A stretch of DNA of 64,000 nt, taken from contig OZ024743.1 in assembly GCA_964016885.1 (NCBI GenBank), forward strand, positions 24,614,001 through 24,678,000. Reading direction: 5' to 3'. A model generated the notes under the pieces. The model saw nothing but the letters and a program-made list of their open reading frames with translations. It searched no databases and had not been told where the DNA came from. Numbering within the stretch: the first letter of the stretch is position 1; the number at the start of each line of letters is the position of its first letter. Below are positions 13,663-26,783 of this stretch, one piece after another. This DNA comes from Eledone cirrhosa. Taxonomy: Eukaryota. A program made the translations under genes and the position numbers.

Positions 13663-14184
13663 CTTTATATTAAAGATCTTACAAATGACAATAAGAAATA
13701 AAATACTTAGAGACAGAGAAAAGGCGGGAAAGAATAAATGATAGAAAATGAAAAAGAAATGGAGGAAAGAAAGTTGTATTGGAGTACGAAATAAAGAAGG
13801 AAAGGATCTGATGAAAGAAAGAAGAAGGTAAAGAACGGACGAATGAAGGAATGAAGAATTGGAAGATTGTAAAAATTGCGAAAGATAAATTTCAGAGAGA
13901 GATAGAAAGAGAGGGGGTGGAAGAGAGAGAGAGAGAGAGAAAGAGAGGAGGATGGGGAGAAAGAAAGAGAGGTGGAGGGGGAGAGAAAGAAAGAGAGGAG
14001 AGAGAGAGAGAAAGAGAAGGGGAGGTAGAGAGAGAGAAAGAGAGGGGGATGGGGAGAAAGAAAGAGAGGTGGGGGGTTAGAAAGAAAGAGAGGAGAGAGA
14101 GAAAGAGAAGGGGAGGGAGAATAAAAGAAACATGGAGATGAAAGAGAAGAGATGAAAGTAGAGAGATAGATGGATAGATAGATA

Positions 14185-16387
14185 TGTTTCTTTTATTTGC
14201 CACCAGGGCATCAAAAGTGGGACAAGTACAAAGGGGGGAGTTTACAAAACAAGGCGTCCTCAATAAGGAGAAGGCAATAACAAAATATAAAAATAAAATA
14301 AAATATAACAAAAAATAAAATTTATAACAAAATCCTCAATAGAGAGGAGGCGCCTTGGGGGGTCGCACACACCCCCCGAAAAAAGTGTGCAACCCTTTTC
14401 CTCAGGAGCACAGAGAGGGGGTGCTCCCTCGTTCCTTCCTCTTTTCCACCTACAGGCTCATGTAAAGAGAAGGCCCATTCACACGGGCCATTCTCGCCAC
14501 TTTCACCCACCTTTCATAAAAACGACTGGGGTGCAGCACCTCTCTCTCCATCCTGATCCTTCTTCCGAAATGATATCGGAAGAAACGGACCAGTTGTTGG
14601 CCAGAGAGAAAGGTGCCTGACCTCAGTCCTTTCAGACGCGTTCACCATACAACCTCTTTCGCCATGGCTATTACGCACAGAAACACCGCCTCTGCTTCAT
14701 CTTTGAAGGGGGGAGGCGGCTTGACCATTACAATAGACTCGGTGGTCAACCGGATCGGTCCCACCCTTGACAGCAGTTGTTCGACATAGCCCCACAGATC
14801 GGCTACGCCCGAGCAGTGTACTAATGCGTGTGCAACGGTTTCCTCGTCGCACACGCATCTGGGACAGATCTTTTTGGCGGGGTCCCTACCCGGGCGCCCG
14901 TGTCTGTAGAGCTTTTCTCGAACGGGTAGAGCCCCTCGGTAGCACTGCCAGACCAGGGACTTCTGGAAGTTGTCCATAGGTCCCGGGCTGAATGTCCTAC
15001 CGAACAGGCTGGCCAGTTCGTCTTCCTCCATGTCTAGGGCTTCTCCGAGGGCGTCGTCGCACCTGCTGCGTACCAGCCCTCTATAGAATGTTGCGGTGGA
15101 TTCTCCACTGATAACCGGATCCGCCTGCCAGAGGGCGGTGAGCGCCTGGGCACACTCAATGTGCCAGGCGCCCAGTTTTCTCGGTCTTTGCTTGACCCAG
15201 GATTGCAGCTCGGTGAGTGAGACGAGTCTGGGAAAGGTTCGTCTCACAAACGAGGCCCACACCGGTTGACCGGTGAGGAATACGTGGAGGTGCCGTAGCC
15301 TTAATGCGTGTTTACGCATCATTAGCCACGGCATCCCCAGCCCTCCTTTCGAAGGGTGTTGACAGCAGATGGATCTCCTCACCAAGGGACCCCGCCTCTT
15401 CCAAAGGAATTGGAAGAGCGCGCGCTCCATCTTGGCGAGGGTTTCCCTTGGGCAAGGCACCACGGTCAGGCGGTAGTAGATGAGGGACGTTATATAGGTG
15501 TTCGCCACCTCCGCCCGACCTTTCAGGGATAGTTTGCAACTGGCCCACTTCTGGGTCAGTGCAAACACCCTGTTCGTAACCTCCCCCCAGTTCTTCTCCA
15601 CCTGGAAGTCTGATCCGAACCAGACCCCGAGCAACTTCACCGGGCCCTCCGTCCAGCGTCCGACGACGCCATCGGAGGGCATCGGTTTGCCCCTCCACGT
15701 GCCGGGTTGCAAACCGATCGATTTGTCCCGGTTCAGCTTAGCCCCTGTGAACCTTTCGTACTCCTCCAGTGAGGTGCCGATCGCCCCGATTTCGGAGGCC
15801 GTCGACACCATTACTGTCACGTCATCGGCGTAGGCCGACACCGCTTTCCGCAATCCCGGTTCCAAAGGGATGCCCTGCAACAACTCCAACTTCCGCAGTA
15901 GTGGCTCGAGAGTCAACACATACAGAAGGGAGGAGAGAGGGCACCCTTGTCGGATGGACCGCGCGATTTTGAACGGCTCCGAGAGGTAGCCGTTCACCTT
16001 GACCCTAGAGCAGATGCGGCTGCTGTGCATAGTAGTGATCCAGCTCCTGAAAACGGGTCCGAAGCCTGCCGCCGCTAGCACCGCATCCAGGTAACCATGG
16101 TCAACCCTATCGAACGCCTTAGATTGATCCAAGTTGATCAGAGCCCCACCAAAGCCGGGTTCGTTCCCAACCCTCTCTATGATGTATCGCATGAGGTGGA
16201 GGTTGTCATGGATGGACCTGGACGGGATAGCACATGTCTGCGCATCTCCCACCAGGTTGCCCACGACAAGCGCCAACCTCTTTGCTAGCACCTTGGCCAA
16301 AATCTGTAACTCTGTATTTAGCAGAGTTATGGGCCTGAAGTTACTTATTTCGTCCCCCGTGTTCTCGTCCTTCCTCACTAGCGTGAC
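14185..16387 (-). mobile_element. Tx1/L1-clade non-LTR retrotransposon, 5'-truncated, with 14-bp TSD
   Basis: RT, C-terminal CCHC and 3'UTR with AATAAAAGAAAC. TGGATAGATAGATA is duplicated at 14171-14184 and 16388-16401. Confidence 0.9.
14450..16387 (-). pseudogene. Tx1/L1-type ORF2 (RT + CCHC zinc finger), one in-frame stop at 14642-14644
   Basis: NFRPITLLNTE, LDQSKAFDRVDH, IRQGCPLS, AYADDVT, VKLLGVWF, GGLGMP, CPRC..EETVAHALVHC. The frame continues past the TGA for 64 codons to TAG at 14450. Confidence 0.9.
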
Positions 16388-16424
16388 TGGATAGATAGAT
16401 AGACAGATAGACAGATAGATAGAT

Positions 16425-16735
16425 ATGTTTCTTTTATTTGCCACCAGGGCATCAAAAGTGGGACAAGTACAATGGGGGGAGTTTACAAAACAAGGCGTCC
16501 TCAATAAGGAGGAGGCAATAACAAAATATAAAAATAAAATAAAATATAACAGAATAAAATTTATAACAAAATCCTCAATAGAGAGGAGGCGCCTTGGGGG
16601 GTCGCACACAACCCCGAAAAAAAGTGTGCAACCCTTTTCCTCAGGAGCACAGAGAAGGGGTGCTCCCTTGGTCTTTCATCTTCCTCACCTATAGTCTGAT
16701 GTAGAGTGAAGGCCCATTCACACGGGCCATTCTCG
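16425..16735 (-). mobile_element. Second, shorter 3' end of the same Tx1-like LINE
   Basis: Highly similar to 14185-14495, followed on the minus strand by a (TATC/TGTC)n tract at 16388-16424. Confidence 0.88.
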
Positions 16736-17415
16736 GTGATGGTGGTGGTGGTGGTGGTGATGGTGGTGGTGGTGGTGGTGGTGGTGGTGGTGGTGGTGGT
16801 GGTGGTGGTAGTGGTGGTGGTGGTAGTGGTGGTGGTAGTGGTGGTGGTGGTGGTGAAGGTGGTGGTGGTGATGGTGGTGGTGGTGGTGGTGGTGGTGGTG
16901 GTGGTGGTGGTAGTGGTGGTGGTGGTGGTGAAGGTGGTGGTGGTGGTGGTGGTGGTAGTGGTGGTGGTGGTGGTGGTGGTGGTGGTGGTGGTGGTGGTGA
17001 TGGTGTGTGTTGGTATCGTTGGTGGTGTGGTGACGGGGGTGTTGGTATAGTTGATGGTTGTGGTGGTGGTGATGGTGGTGGTGGTAGTTGTGGTGGTGGT
17101 GGTGACGGTGTGTGTTGGTATCGTTGGTGGTGGTGGTGACGGTGGTGTTGGTATCGTTGGTAGTGGTGGCGGCGGTGGTGGTAGTAGTGGTGGTGGTGGT
17201 TGTGGTAGGGTTGGCGGTGGTGGTGGTAGTAGTGGTGGTGGTGGTTGTGGTAGTGGTGGCGGCGATGGTCGGGGTGATGGTGGTAATGGTGGCGTTGGTA
17301 GTGGCGGTGGTGGTTGTGGTTATGGTGGCGGTGGTGGTGGTCGGGGTGATGGTGGTAGTGGTGGTGGTGGTGTTGGTAGTGGTGGCGGCGGCGGTGGTGA
17401 TGGTGGTGGTGATGG
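16735..17415 (+). repeat. (GGT)n degenerate microsatellite
   Basis: Direct reading. Confidence 0.9.
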
Positions 17416-17674
17416 GGGAAGAAGAAGTGGGAAATAGCTCAAGTTAAAAGTAGCGAGGCTCAAGGCAGGGAACCGTGCTTGATAGATAGCTATTTAAGAA
17501 GGCATTGAATGTCACTAATTAAGATCCATCGTGTTCTGATGACAATGGCAGTTCTGGTGGAACAGACGCGGGATAGAGTTGCTCTGATTCTTAACGCTCT
17601 TTGGCTGTTTGTTTGTTTGTTGTTTGGTTGGCTGTTTCGATGGTTGGTAGATTGTCGGGTTGGGTGGGTGTTTT

Positions 17675-18060
17675 GTTGTTGTTTAGCCGCAGGTCAGACC
17701 TCATCGAACAAGCCTATGATCAAAGGAATTCTAGCTTTGACCGTCCCATCTTCTTAAGAGTATGTAGGATTACATTATTCAAAGTGTCCTTTCCATACTC
17801 AAAACCTCATGTTATAATTTGAGGGAAATTTGGTTGCTTTATTCTAGCAGAGACTACATTATACCTTCTCCTATCTCTTACAAGTTGAGCGGCCACATAG
17901 AGGCCCTTTCATTTATACGTGTTGTTTTTGCTTTGGTTTAGCCCCAAGTTTGCACTAATCGAATAGACTTATAACCAAAGGCATTCCATCCATGACCATC
18001 CTGTCGTCGTGGTCATTGCAACTTTAGAGTGTGGTTGGAAGGAGATTTGGTTATTATCGT
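17675..18060 (+). repeat. ~200-250 bp tandem/dispersed repeat family (2 diverged units)
   Basis: GTTTAGCC..GGTCAG.CC..ATCGA..AG.CTATGATCAAAGG.ATTC..GC..TGACC.TCCC at ~17680 and ~17935. The same family occurs at 25355-25870. Confidence 0.6.
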
Positions 18061-18599
18061 CATGAGGTGATAGTGGTGAAAAAATTATTCTATACTCACC
18101 TGTCAAAAATCCCATCGGCTGACATCGCATACCAGAACACCTTAGAAAGGAACCCTCCAGAGGTATACGTGCACAGTGCTAATGCCGAACGTATACACTT
18201 TCTTGTGCGTCCAGTATACAGTCAAGTGCAATTACATAATCACCATTCTACTCGAAACCAATCTCACCTTTATTCCGAACACTGCCCTCTGTGTGTGTGT
18301 GTGTAGTGTGTGTGTGCGCGCGTGAATGTGTGTGTGTGTGCGTGCGTGCGTGTGTTTGTGTGTGTGCGTGTGTAAATTTATATATAAATATGACCGACTT
18401 CCGTCCGTTCGTCCGTCACACAATGTGTGTATGTGTGTATTTGTGTGAATGTGTATTTGTATATATGTGTGTATTTGTGTGTATGTCTGTGAGTGTGTAT
18501 TTTTGTAAGTGTGTCTGTGTTTGCGCGTTTATATTTATATATTCATACACATAAATGTATACATCTGCACATACACACACGCACACACATATACACATA

Positions 18600-19584
18600 T
18601 GCGTCAGCGTGTTGAAAAAAATCCTAGTAGAATAAAATTCCATTCCAGGGGCATTAGCGGAATTGTTAATGTGTCTAACGAGCTTCAGTCCTGAGACAAG
18701 CGTAGACCGCATTTGAAACGTCTCCAAGCCCACACTGCTCTCTACCAGTAGTGACATGTGGGTTGTAGAAAATGAATTCCTGCATTCTGTAAGAGGATAT
18801 TACAGGATAGGAGTGATGGTGTCCTAGGAGTTATTCTGGGAATCATCAAGGACAGTCTGAGAAGTCACTCTAGGTTAGGTATTATCCCCGACAGTCCTTA
18901 GCCTTGCAGTGCTATAAAGATATATTGTGTGTTGAGAAGAAAAGAAAATCTAAAGGCATGGTCGTCATGGAACCGCACATCACCGAATCTGTTCGAGATG
19001 AACGTAGACTGACGAAACAATCTGACATACACCTGTTCAATATCCGTGCAGTAATGGTTGGTGGGGGTTGTGTCGAACACCTGCAAGACATGTTTAGAGG
19101 AAGTTGTATCGTAGAGGCGTATAATATTTTTAGGACAGAATTTTTAAAGTCATCCTTCATTAACCACTTCAAATAACATTTCAAGAGTAAGATAGAGAGA
19201 GGCGGGTCTGTTATCCAGTCAATCCTATGAAAGGTGGGTGGGAGTCACGTGTCTAAAACGGTCCACATTCATTTTACGGCGGTAAACTAACGGCAAGAAC
19301 TGGGATAAGACATTTGACTTTCGTGAATCAGAGTTATTCGAGGTTTGTGTAGAGGGTACTCCTAAAAAAACTATGTGGGTTCCCTCTAGGGGGTTTTTTA
19401 AAGCCATTTCTTGTTTCCTATTCTGTTCTATAGAGCGGCGAATTGACTGAGACGTTCGAATGTCTGAGAGAAGGATTCGCAATATTTTTACCGATTCAGT
19501 GAGTTCTCGGTTTTCAAATAAAAAAAGACTACCAACTGGGGTTGATTTAATCAAATTTACACATCCTGCACATTTGCTGGCCAT
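18600..19584 (-). pseudogene. Highly degenerate LINE 5' region (possible PHD-like ORF1 start and APE endonuclease traces)
   Basis: MASKCAGC start; scattered VYR, IDW and LD.LF-like motifs across frames with many stops. Confidence 0.3.
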
Positions 19585-19621
19585 GTTTCTAAATTAGATC
19601 ATTACCAATATTGTTTTGAAG

Positions 19622-20235
19622 GGCAGTGGATTATCAGAGTCGTTAGAGCGTCGGACAAGAGCGTAGCATTGTTATTTTAAGGTTCTGGGTTCAAATCCCA
19701 CCGAGGTCAACTTTGCCTTTCAGCACTTCAGAGTCGATAAAATAAAGTAGCAGTCAAGTACTGGAGGAAATTTAATCAATCCCTCACCCCAGACACTTTC
19801 TCCAGCCGCAACCTGGTGCAGTCTGCGACCAACCCAGGTTCTGCCACACGTCGGGCTGAGGAGGCCAAACTCTTCAAATACCGGTCGCTCTCCGACAGGT
19901 TTACGGTTGTACCCTTGGCAGTGGAGACTTCTGGTGTCCTCGGCCCTAGGGCTACCTCCATACCTACCACCATAGGTATTGAGCTCACCAGCCGCAGGTG
20001 TGAGCCTCGCGAGCTGGAATGGCTTTACCAGCACGTCTCCCTTGCCGTCCTCCGGGGAAACGCCTTCTCCATTCTGTCCGCTGGGGCTGTGGGGAGGCCA
20101 CCGATATGATTGACTGACTTGTCATTTTATCAGTCAGATACTCACTCACCCACTCTTCTACTAAGTTACCCGGTATCGCTCCCAAAATGGCTCACTTGAT
20201 TACAGAAAGAATTACTGGCCTAGTGCCTAAATTAG

Positions 20236-20240
<5 letters not shown>
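19622..20240 (+). mobile_element. Nin-like SINE split by a CRE insertion (19622-19788 and ~20208-20240)
   Basis: Head and core at 19622-19788. The tail AATTACTGGCCTAGTGCCTAAATTAGAAATC resumes at ~20208. Confidence 0.7.
19789..20207 (+). mobile_element. CRE-clade non-LTR retrotransposon 3' fragment (restriction-like endonuclease C-terminus)
   Basis: PDTFS..ATNPGSATRRAEEAKLFKY..L..RFTVVPLAVETSGVLG....WLYQHVSLAVLRGNAFSIL, matching the typical CRE C-terminal pattern. Stop at 20107-20109. Confidence 0.8.
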
Positions 20241-20279
<39 letters not shown>

Positions 20280-20547
20280 GACATCATCTACGTCGGCATC
20301 GTCGGCAGCAACAGCAGCTAGAAGATTAAAGGTCGTAGATGGCAGTAACGGTTGAGTGACAGATATAGTGTGGCTAACTAAAAAAAATGCTTATTATTAT
20401 CGATGTTGTTGGTGTTGATTTCTTATTAGTGTTATCATCATCATCAGTATCATTATTGTTATTCTATAACTCTTACGGATATGAAGAGGATATTAGGTCA
20501 CGCTTGCTTTACACACTTTATATTTTGTTTAGTTTATATTATATATA

Positions 20548-20595
<48 letters not shown>

Positions 20596-20644
20596 GTATA
20601 TATGTATATACATGCATATATACTTATATATACATACGTATATA

Positions 20645-20728
<84 letters not shown>

Positions 20729-20848
20729 TGTGTGTGTGTGTGCATGTATGAATATGTATGTATACATACAAATCCGTGCACACATACACACACATATATA
20801 CACACCCACTCATATATATATATGTATGTATGTGTGTATGTGTTTGTG

Positions 20849-20937
<89 letters not shown>

Positions 20938-21780
20938 TTTTATATATATAAAATATATATATATATGTATGTATGTATGTGTGTATGTTTGTTCTCAACG
21001 AATGAAAATCACCATAAATAGCTAATGAGATCGTGATATCTTTACAATTGTTTTAAGATGAGAAATGTTGATAACATGAGCACACATATCTCGTATCTTT
21101 GATCCATCACTTCCATAACATAGGTTATCGCCTAGAAGAAACCTTTCAGAAACAAGAATAAGCAAATGATTGATTTAACATGACATATGTCTGTTTGAAA
21201 GATTGAGCAAGCGTAAGGAAATTTTAGCTCATTTTCATCGCATTTCGCTTCAGAAGCCAGAATCGACATTCTTGCTTCATTGGAAACTTCGAATTCTAGC
21301 TTCATCGAAGATTCAGCTCTTAAATTATGTACCCATATTTTTTCTTTATTAATTTTTTTCTTTTTATTCTATTCCCATATTCAGCATCACTTCACCACAC
21401 ACACATCATTCAGTAGGGTTTTTTAAATAATGTTGTCGACCGACAAGACTAACGTTGTATACCCTTGCTGTAAAGGAATAAATATTGAACGGAGTTCGGT
21501 TGATTTATTTATCATCCACCTGCCAAGAAATCCTGATCAACATCATCATCGCCATCATCATCATCATCATCATGTCATACGCCTCATCATTTATCAGCTT
21601 CTTATTTTCGTCATCCCTGCCCCCCCCCCCTTTATTTTACTTCTGTGTACGCCTTCTATTATTGCTGACTTTGCATGACATACACCCCACACACCCCTAG
21701 GGTACTCTACACCTCTTGAGACACGTTGTAGTTTGAGTGTGGATCCATTTTATTTAGATCAATCTGAAGCATATTATAAG

Positions 21781-21988
21781 GTGGATTGACTGTATCGGTA
21801 GAGCATTGAACACTCTGCTTCATGTCATAGAGTTACGGCCCTTTACATTCTTAGTTCAAATCTCGCCTAGGTTTGCCTTTCATCCTTACTGGCTCGATAA
21901 AGTAAAGTACCAGTCACGCACTGGGGTAGATTTAATCTACTTTCCCCTACTCCAAATTGCTTGCCTTGTGCCTAAATCAGAAACCATT
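21781..21988 (+). mobile_element. Nin-like SINE
   Basis: Full-length diverged copy. Confidence 0.75.
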
Positions 21989-22549
21989 TTAAGGTCGACA
22001 ATCATTACTCAGTGGTTGCACTAAGTGCTTCCAGTTTCGGTCCCATCTTGAGGCTATTCCGATCTCGTTCTCGATCACAACAATGCAAAGCTGCATCTTT
22101 TCAGTGGTGAATGTAAATAAATACCAGTCAAAGATGTTCCGAATCACGCAGTTCGTCTCTTTAGGATGCTCATTCTCTTTTCTCTATGTTTTTGGTATTT
22201 GAGCAGTAGATGACGTCACCGCAATGGGTCGAACACATCGGAAACCGATGTACTTGCGACCATACTGAAAGAGAATTAGGCGATAATAGGACCATATACT
22301 GGCCAGAACAAACATTGCAAACCAGTACCTGGTGAGGTCTATGAGAGTCAGTTGCTTCCGCTGTTAGACCCCGTTAAGGTGCTGGGGGTTTAGTTTGGTC
22401 CATACTCCACGTAAATGAAATATTTGTGATCAGGGTGACCAGTCTCTCTCAGAAATCGGTTGAGAGGAAACTACTCATGAAATGTTTACATAGTTTTGGT
22501 GGTGTTTTATCAAGTGACTATCGTGCCGTGTCTCGGGAAGCATCTGATC

Positions 22550-22970
22550 AGTTTAGAGTTATGCCCTTTTATTTCTCGTGAAGGAGACAAGTTCCCAAAT
22601 CCAAAGGTCCAGGAAGATGTCGCACTCAGTCTAGGAGTATGTAGCAGTATGTCGGAGTTGATAATACTCAAGTACGTGGTGAAGTTGCGACATCTGCAGT
22701 GACGTGGTTATTGTTTGTGAGAGACGTATTTCAGCAGTTCGTCAAGCACGGACTGTAGTTGGATGTTTTGCAGCTGGAATATTGTACTCATTACATTCTA
22801 CCAGCTTAGGAATGCAGCCATTCGAGCGTGAACCCTCGAATAATTATCACACACATGATCGATCCAGCTTTCAGCTTGGCAAAGAAGAGTGGGTAGTCTT
22901 CCTTTGCAGTTGTGTGGTGAACACGGTTAGCAGATTCGATGACTGGCTTTTTCCTTCATCAAAATACCAC
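22550..22970 (-). pseudogene. Degenerate mariner-type transposase fragment
   Basis: Frameshifted traces in the expected order: WYF..KSQSS, then DNA..H-like, then YSP.LS.CD.F. Confidence 0.35.
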
Positions 22971-23789
22971 TTCAAGAGAAAAGTCAGAATGGAGACAGAA
23001 GTCATGACATCCAATTTTATATAAAGTGGATGAAAGTTGTGAAATTGAAATATTTAAATGAGCTTTTTATAGTAAATATTAAATACTAAGATTAATACAA
23101 CTAATTCACTACAACTATCATCTATATAACCATATTTAATAGACATTATTTTGTAGCTCTCATGAATTGTTTTTATTCCAGACAACTTTATGTTTGCTCA
23201 GTTAAACATAAAAAAAAACCATACATCACCAGAAAACAAAAATAACATACTTAGACAAAATCTCCTACCCCACTCTTCCTCTAACAGGCTTTAGTAAATT
23301 TCCGCCATTTACTGACATAACCTTTATATAGAGGGCGTTTATTTACAATCTAATTTAAATAATAATGGAGAAAGAAGAATAGTTCTTCACTTGGTTAGTT
23401 TAAAAGATAATTCCTTAATTTTTAAATTAGAAATTATCGTTATTTCATTTCATACAGACGTCTACAACATTTCTTTCACTCAACTGTTCAATTTGTCGCT
23501 CAGAAAAACTAACATTCATCTTGGTACATGAACTTATTCTAGTTAGATCTAAAATTTCGTTGATATATTGACCACTAGTATATACCCTTTTATTGTTCAG
23601 TATTTCTTTTGAACTAGTTCCAGTAACTTTGATTCTAGACAATTATATTATATCTTCCATTTCACCTTTCTGCTTGCTATACTTCATTTAAATAAAAGTT
23701 CTCTTGTTTATTACATAATTCCCTTCGTAATATACTTAGTAGCTGCCGTTCATATTGTTATATAGAGTTTCTTTTTATTCTAACGGTGC

Positions 23790-24095
23790 ATGTATGGACC
23801 CATAAATCCTGGTGGCTTTTCTTGGGTATTTTAAACCTGGCAAAGCCCATCACTCTTGCAGGTCTTAACACTGCCAATTTCTTTCAGAGAAGAAAAGAGA
23901 GTGATAGAAAGGAAGCCAGAAAGAGATATAGAAGAAGAATTTACCCCAGTACTGGACTGGTACTATTTTAATCGAGTTCGAATGGATGGAAGGCAAAGTT
24001 AACCTCCGCTAGTTTTGAACTCGGAGAGCAGAGCGCCAGAATAAATACCGCAAAATATTCTATCCGACATTCTAACGACTCAGTCTATTCGCCTC
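23790..24095 (-). mobile_element. Long-tail SINE variant, diverged
   Basis: Homologous to 2303-2637. Confidence 0.65.
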
Positions 24096-24135
24096 ATTTA
24101 CCTTACCAATAGACAACTTAAATTCTTGATATGCG

Positions 24136-24160
<25 letters not shown>

Positions 24161-24167
<7 letters not shown>

Positions 24168-24329
24168 TAAAGTTGGTCCTTCATCAGTGATCTTCCAACC
24201 ATCATCGGTATTTCATCGCTTTAAAGACCATATACCTCCGGTTGGTGCGAGCAACGGCTAAAGAAAGTCGATGATGAAATACCGATGATGGTTGGAAGAT
24301 CACTGATGAAAGACCAACTTTATTCATAT
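24161..24329. repeat. Inverted repeat, 57-bp arms, 55-nt spacer
   Basis: 24161-24217 versus 24273-24329, one mismatch; the left arm abuts (TA)n. Confidence 0.92.
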
Positions 24330-24370
24330 GTAACCCATTTGCAACCACGCAGCACGTTATTCTCATATTT

Positions 24371-24428
<58 letters not shown>

Positions 24429-24481
24429 CTGCGATGAATTTGTTTTGCGATGTTTTGATATGAAATCGTGTGTCGAAACAA

Positions 24482-24553
24482 ATATTGTTATACTTGGAGA
24501 GGGTCATATTGTTGTAATTACAACAATATGACCCTCCCCAAGTATAACAATAT
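24482..24553. repeat. Spacerless palindrome, 36-bp arms
   Basis: One mismatch; the right arm runs into (TA)n. Confidence 0.92.
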
Positions 24554-24632
24554 ATATATATATATATATATATATGTGTATATATAAATTTTTTTATATA
24601 TATATATTTTTATAAATAAATTTTTATATATA

Positions 24633-24771
24633 TACGAGGATCCCGGAAGAATCCTTCCAGGAGTGCATGCAAGCATGGCAGAAAAGGATGAGAAAATTCT
24701 TACTGTGAAGTTTGGGTTTGAAATAAATCTTTTGTGACATCAGTCCTGGAACCTTTCTGACCCACCTCGTA
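24633..24771 (+). mobile_element. Internally deleted mariner element
   Basis: TA|CGAGG ... CCTCG|TA ends. Internal IPEESFQECMQAWQKRMRK resembles a mariner transposase C-terminus. The right TIR is intact. Confidence 0.7.
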
Positions 24772-24900
24772 TATACATAAATATATATATATATATAGTA
24801 ATAATAATAAATTTGAAGACTAAAATCCAAAGAGGGCTCGATAAGGATAAATATATATCAAATATATAAGAACCGTAGAGCAAATATTTATTAACATAAC

Positions 24901-25009
24901 AGATTAAAGTTTAAGCAAAGAATCGCTGCTTTCACCCTTAACGGGATCTTCTGAAACTTCAGAAGATCCCGTTAAGGGTGAAAGCAGCGATTCTTTGCTT
25001 AAACTTTAA

Positions 25010-25012
<3 letters not shown>
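24901..25012. repeat. Perfect hairpin, 55-bp arms, 2-nt loop, containing a degenerate hammerhead-like motif
   Basis: 24901-24955 versus 24958-25012. The right arm has CAGAAGA-t-ccc(gttaa)ggg-t-GAAA and ends at (TA)n. Confidence 0.9.
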
Positions 25013-25065
<53 letters not shown>

Positions 25066-25084
25066 ATATTATATATATATATAC

Positions 25085-25198
<114 letters not shown>

Positions 25199-25354
25199 TG
25201 CCTGTGTGGGGGTGTATAACTATGTTTACGCACATACACACCTAGAAAACGATACTCACGCGAAGCATTTCGAAATCGTAATTACCTGCAATCGAATGCT
25301 AATGAAGCAGTATACAGTAATGTAAACTGATAAAATAAAATAAGAACACAACCG

Positions 25355-25870
25355 AAGGCATTCCAACCCTAACTATACCTTGAACTAAATATTTTAATGA
25401 GTCCATTTTAAGACGTTAGAATTATGATTTAGTCATTATTTCTAACAAGTCTAGCGACCACTAGAGCGCCACCCGCTTTAGCTAATGTAGTTGTTTAGCC
25501 TCAGATATGCCATGTCAAGCAGACCTGTTATCAAAGTCATTTCAACAGTAATCCACACATCTTACTAGTCAAATATTGTATATCGTGGGCCACGTTATCC
25601 GGTGTGTTCATTTTTGAAAGTTAGCATGTAACTAGAGGGTGACATGGCTACTTTTTCTAGCTTGTTGAGTGTTTACGTAGAAGCCAGCCCCTTGGAGTTG
25701 GTGGTGTTATTTAGTAAGTCAGCCTTGATCAAACTAATCTATGACCAAAGGAATTTCAGCCGTGACCATCCCGTATTTTCAAACGTTATATTATCCAATA
25801 TGACAGTCCATTCTTTTATTTTATAAAGGCAATGTGGTGACTTTTGAGACAAACTATGACTGCGGCCATT
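25355..25870 (+). repeat. ~200 bp tandem repeat family (about 3 diverged units)
   Basis: Same motifs as 17675-18060. Confidence 0.55.
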
Positions 25871-26406
25871 GGCTACAGGTTAAAGGGGAATTTTGTGATG
25901 AGTGTTGTGGAGTTTTGGTGAGAATAGGGCGGCGCTTGGCATGACTTGGTGGCAAATTTGATGGATAATAATAACAGTGAAGCAAGAAGAGGGTGGAGGA
26001 AAGAATGGGGAATAGTAACATGCGGAGAAAGAGTATGAAGGTGAGTGAGAGAAAGCGAGAGAGAAAGTGAGAAAGGAGAGACGGAAAAGGAAGGAGAGTA
26101 TGAGAAACATGAGAGAGAAGTAAAGAGAAAGAGAAATGACAGAACTGGGAATCTAAAAAGAAAGAGACATAATGTGAGAGAGAGAAAGAGATACGATGAG
26201 AGAGTGAGAGAAACAGAAAGAGAGAGAGAGGGGGGACAGAATAAGTATGAGTGTGAGATATATAGTGAAGTAGAGGGGGAGAGACAGAGAAAGAGGGTAA
26301 AAGGAAAAGAGAAAGAGAACGGGATTGAGTAAGAGAAGTAGAAAGAACAGAGAGAAAGAAAGGGAGATCGATAGAGAGAGTAATACATATAGAAAGAAAG
26401 AAAGAG

Positions 26407-26485
<79 letters not shown>

Positions 26486-26489
26486 AAAA

Positions 26490-26565
<76 letters not shown>

Positions 26566-26783
26566 AGGATAGAAAGAGAGAAAGAAAGCAAGAAAGGAAG
26601 GAAGAGAGAAAGAAAGGAGAGAAAGAAAAAAAGAAAGAAAAGAAGAAAGAAAGAAAAGAAAGAGAGAAAGAAAGAAAGACAGGTGGGTGGGATGGGTGAG
26701 TGTTTCGAATTTGAGTTATAACGGAATGATAAAATGCTGTGTCATCTGGATTTTGAATGTTCCACTGTTTCTTGTTGGGTTTT

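Noticed and set aside
16388-16609. N-terminal 75 aa of the 655-aa ORF
   Set aside because: It derives from the 3'UTR and GATA tail of the neighbouring LINE copy, in frame by chance; the real ORF2 is 5'-truncated at ~16387.
18095-18230. Possible minus-strand exon ending in AG|GTGAG
   Set aside because: A good donor site, but no convincing acceptor and no recognisable peptide.
23445-23780. AT-rich minus-strand ORF fragment (SRIKVTGTSSKEIL...)
   Set aside because: Short, interrupted upstream, and no recognisable motif.
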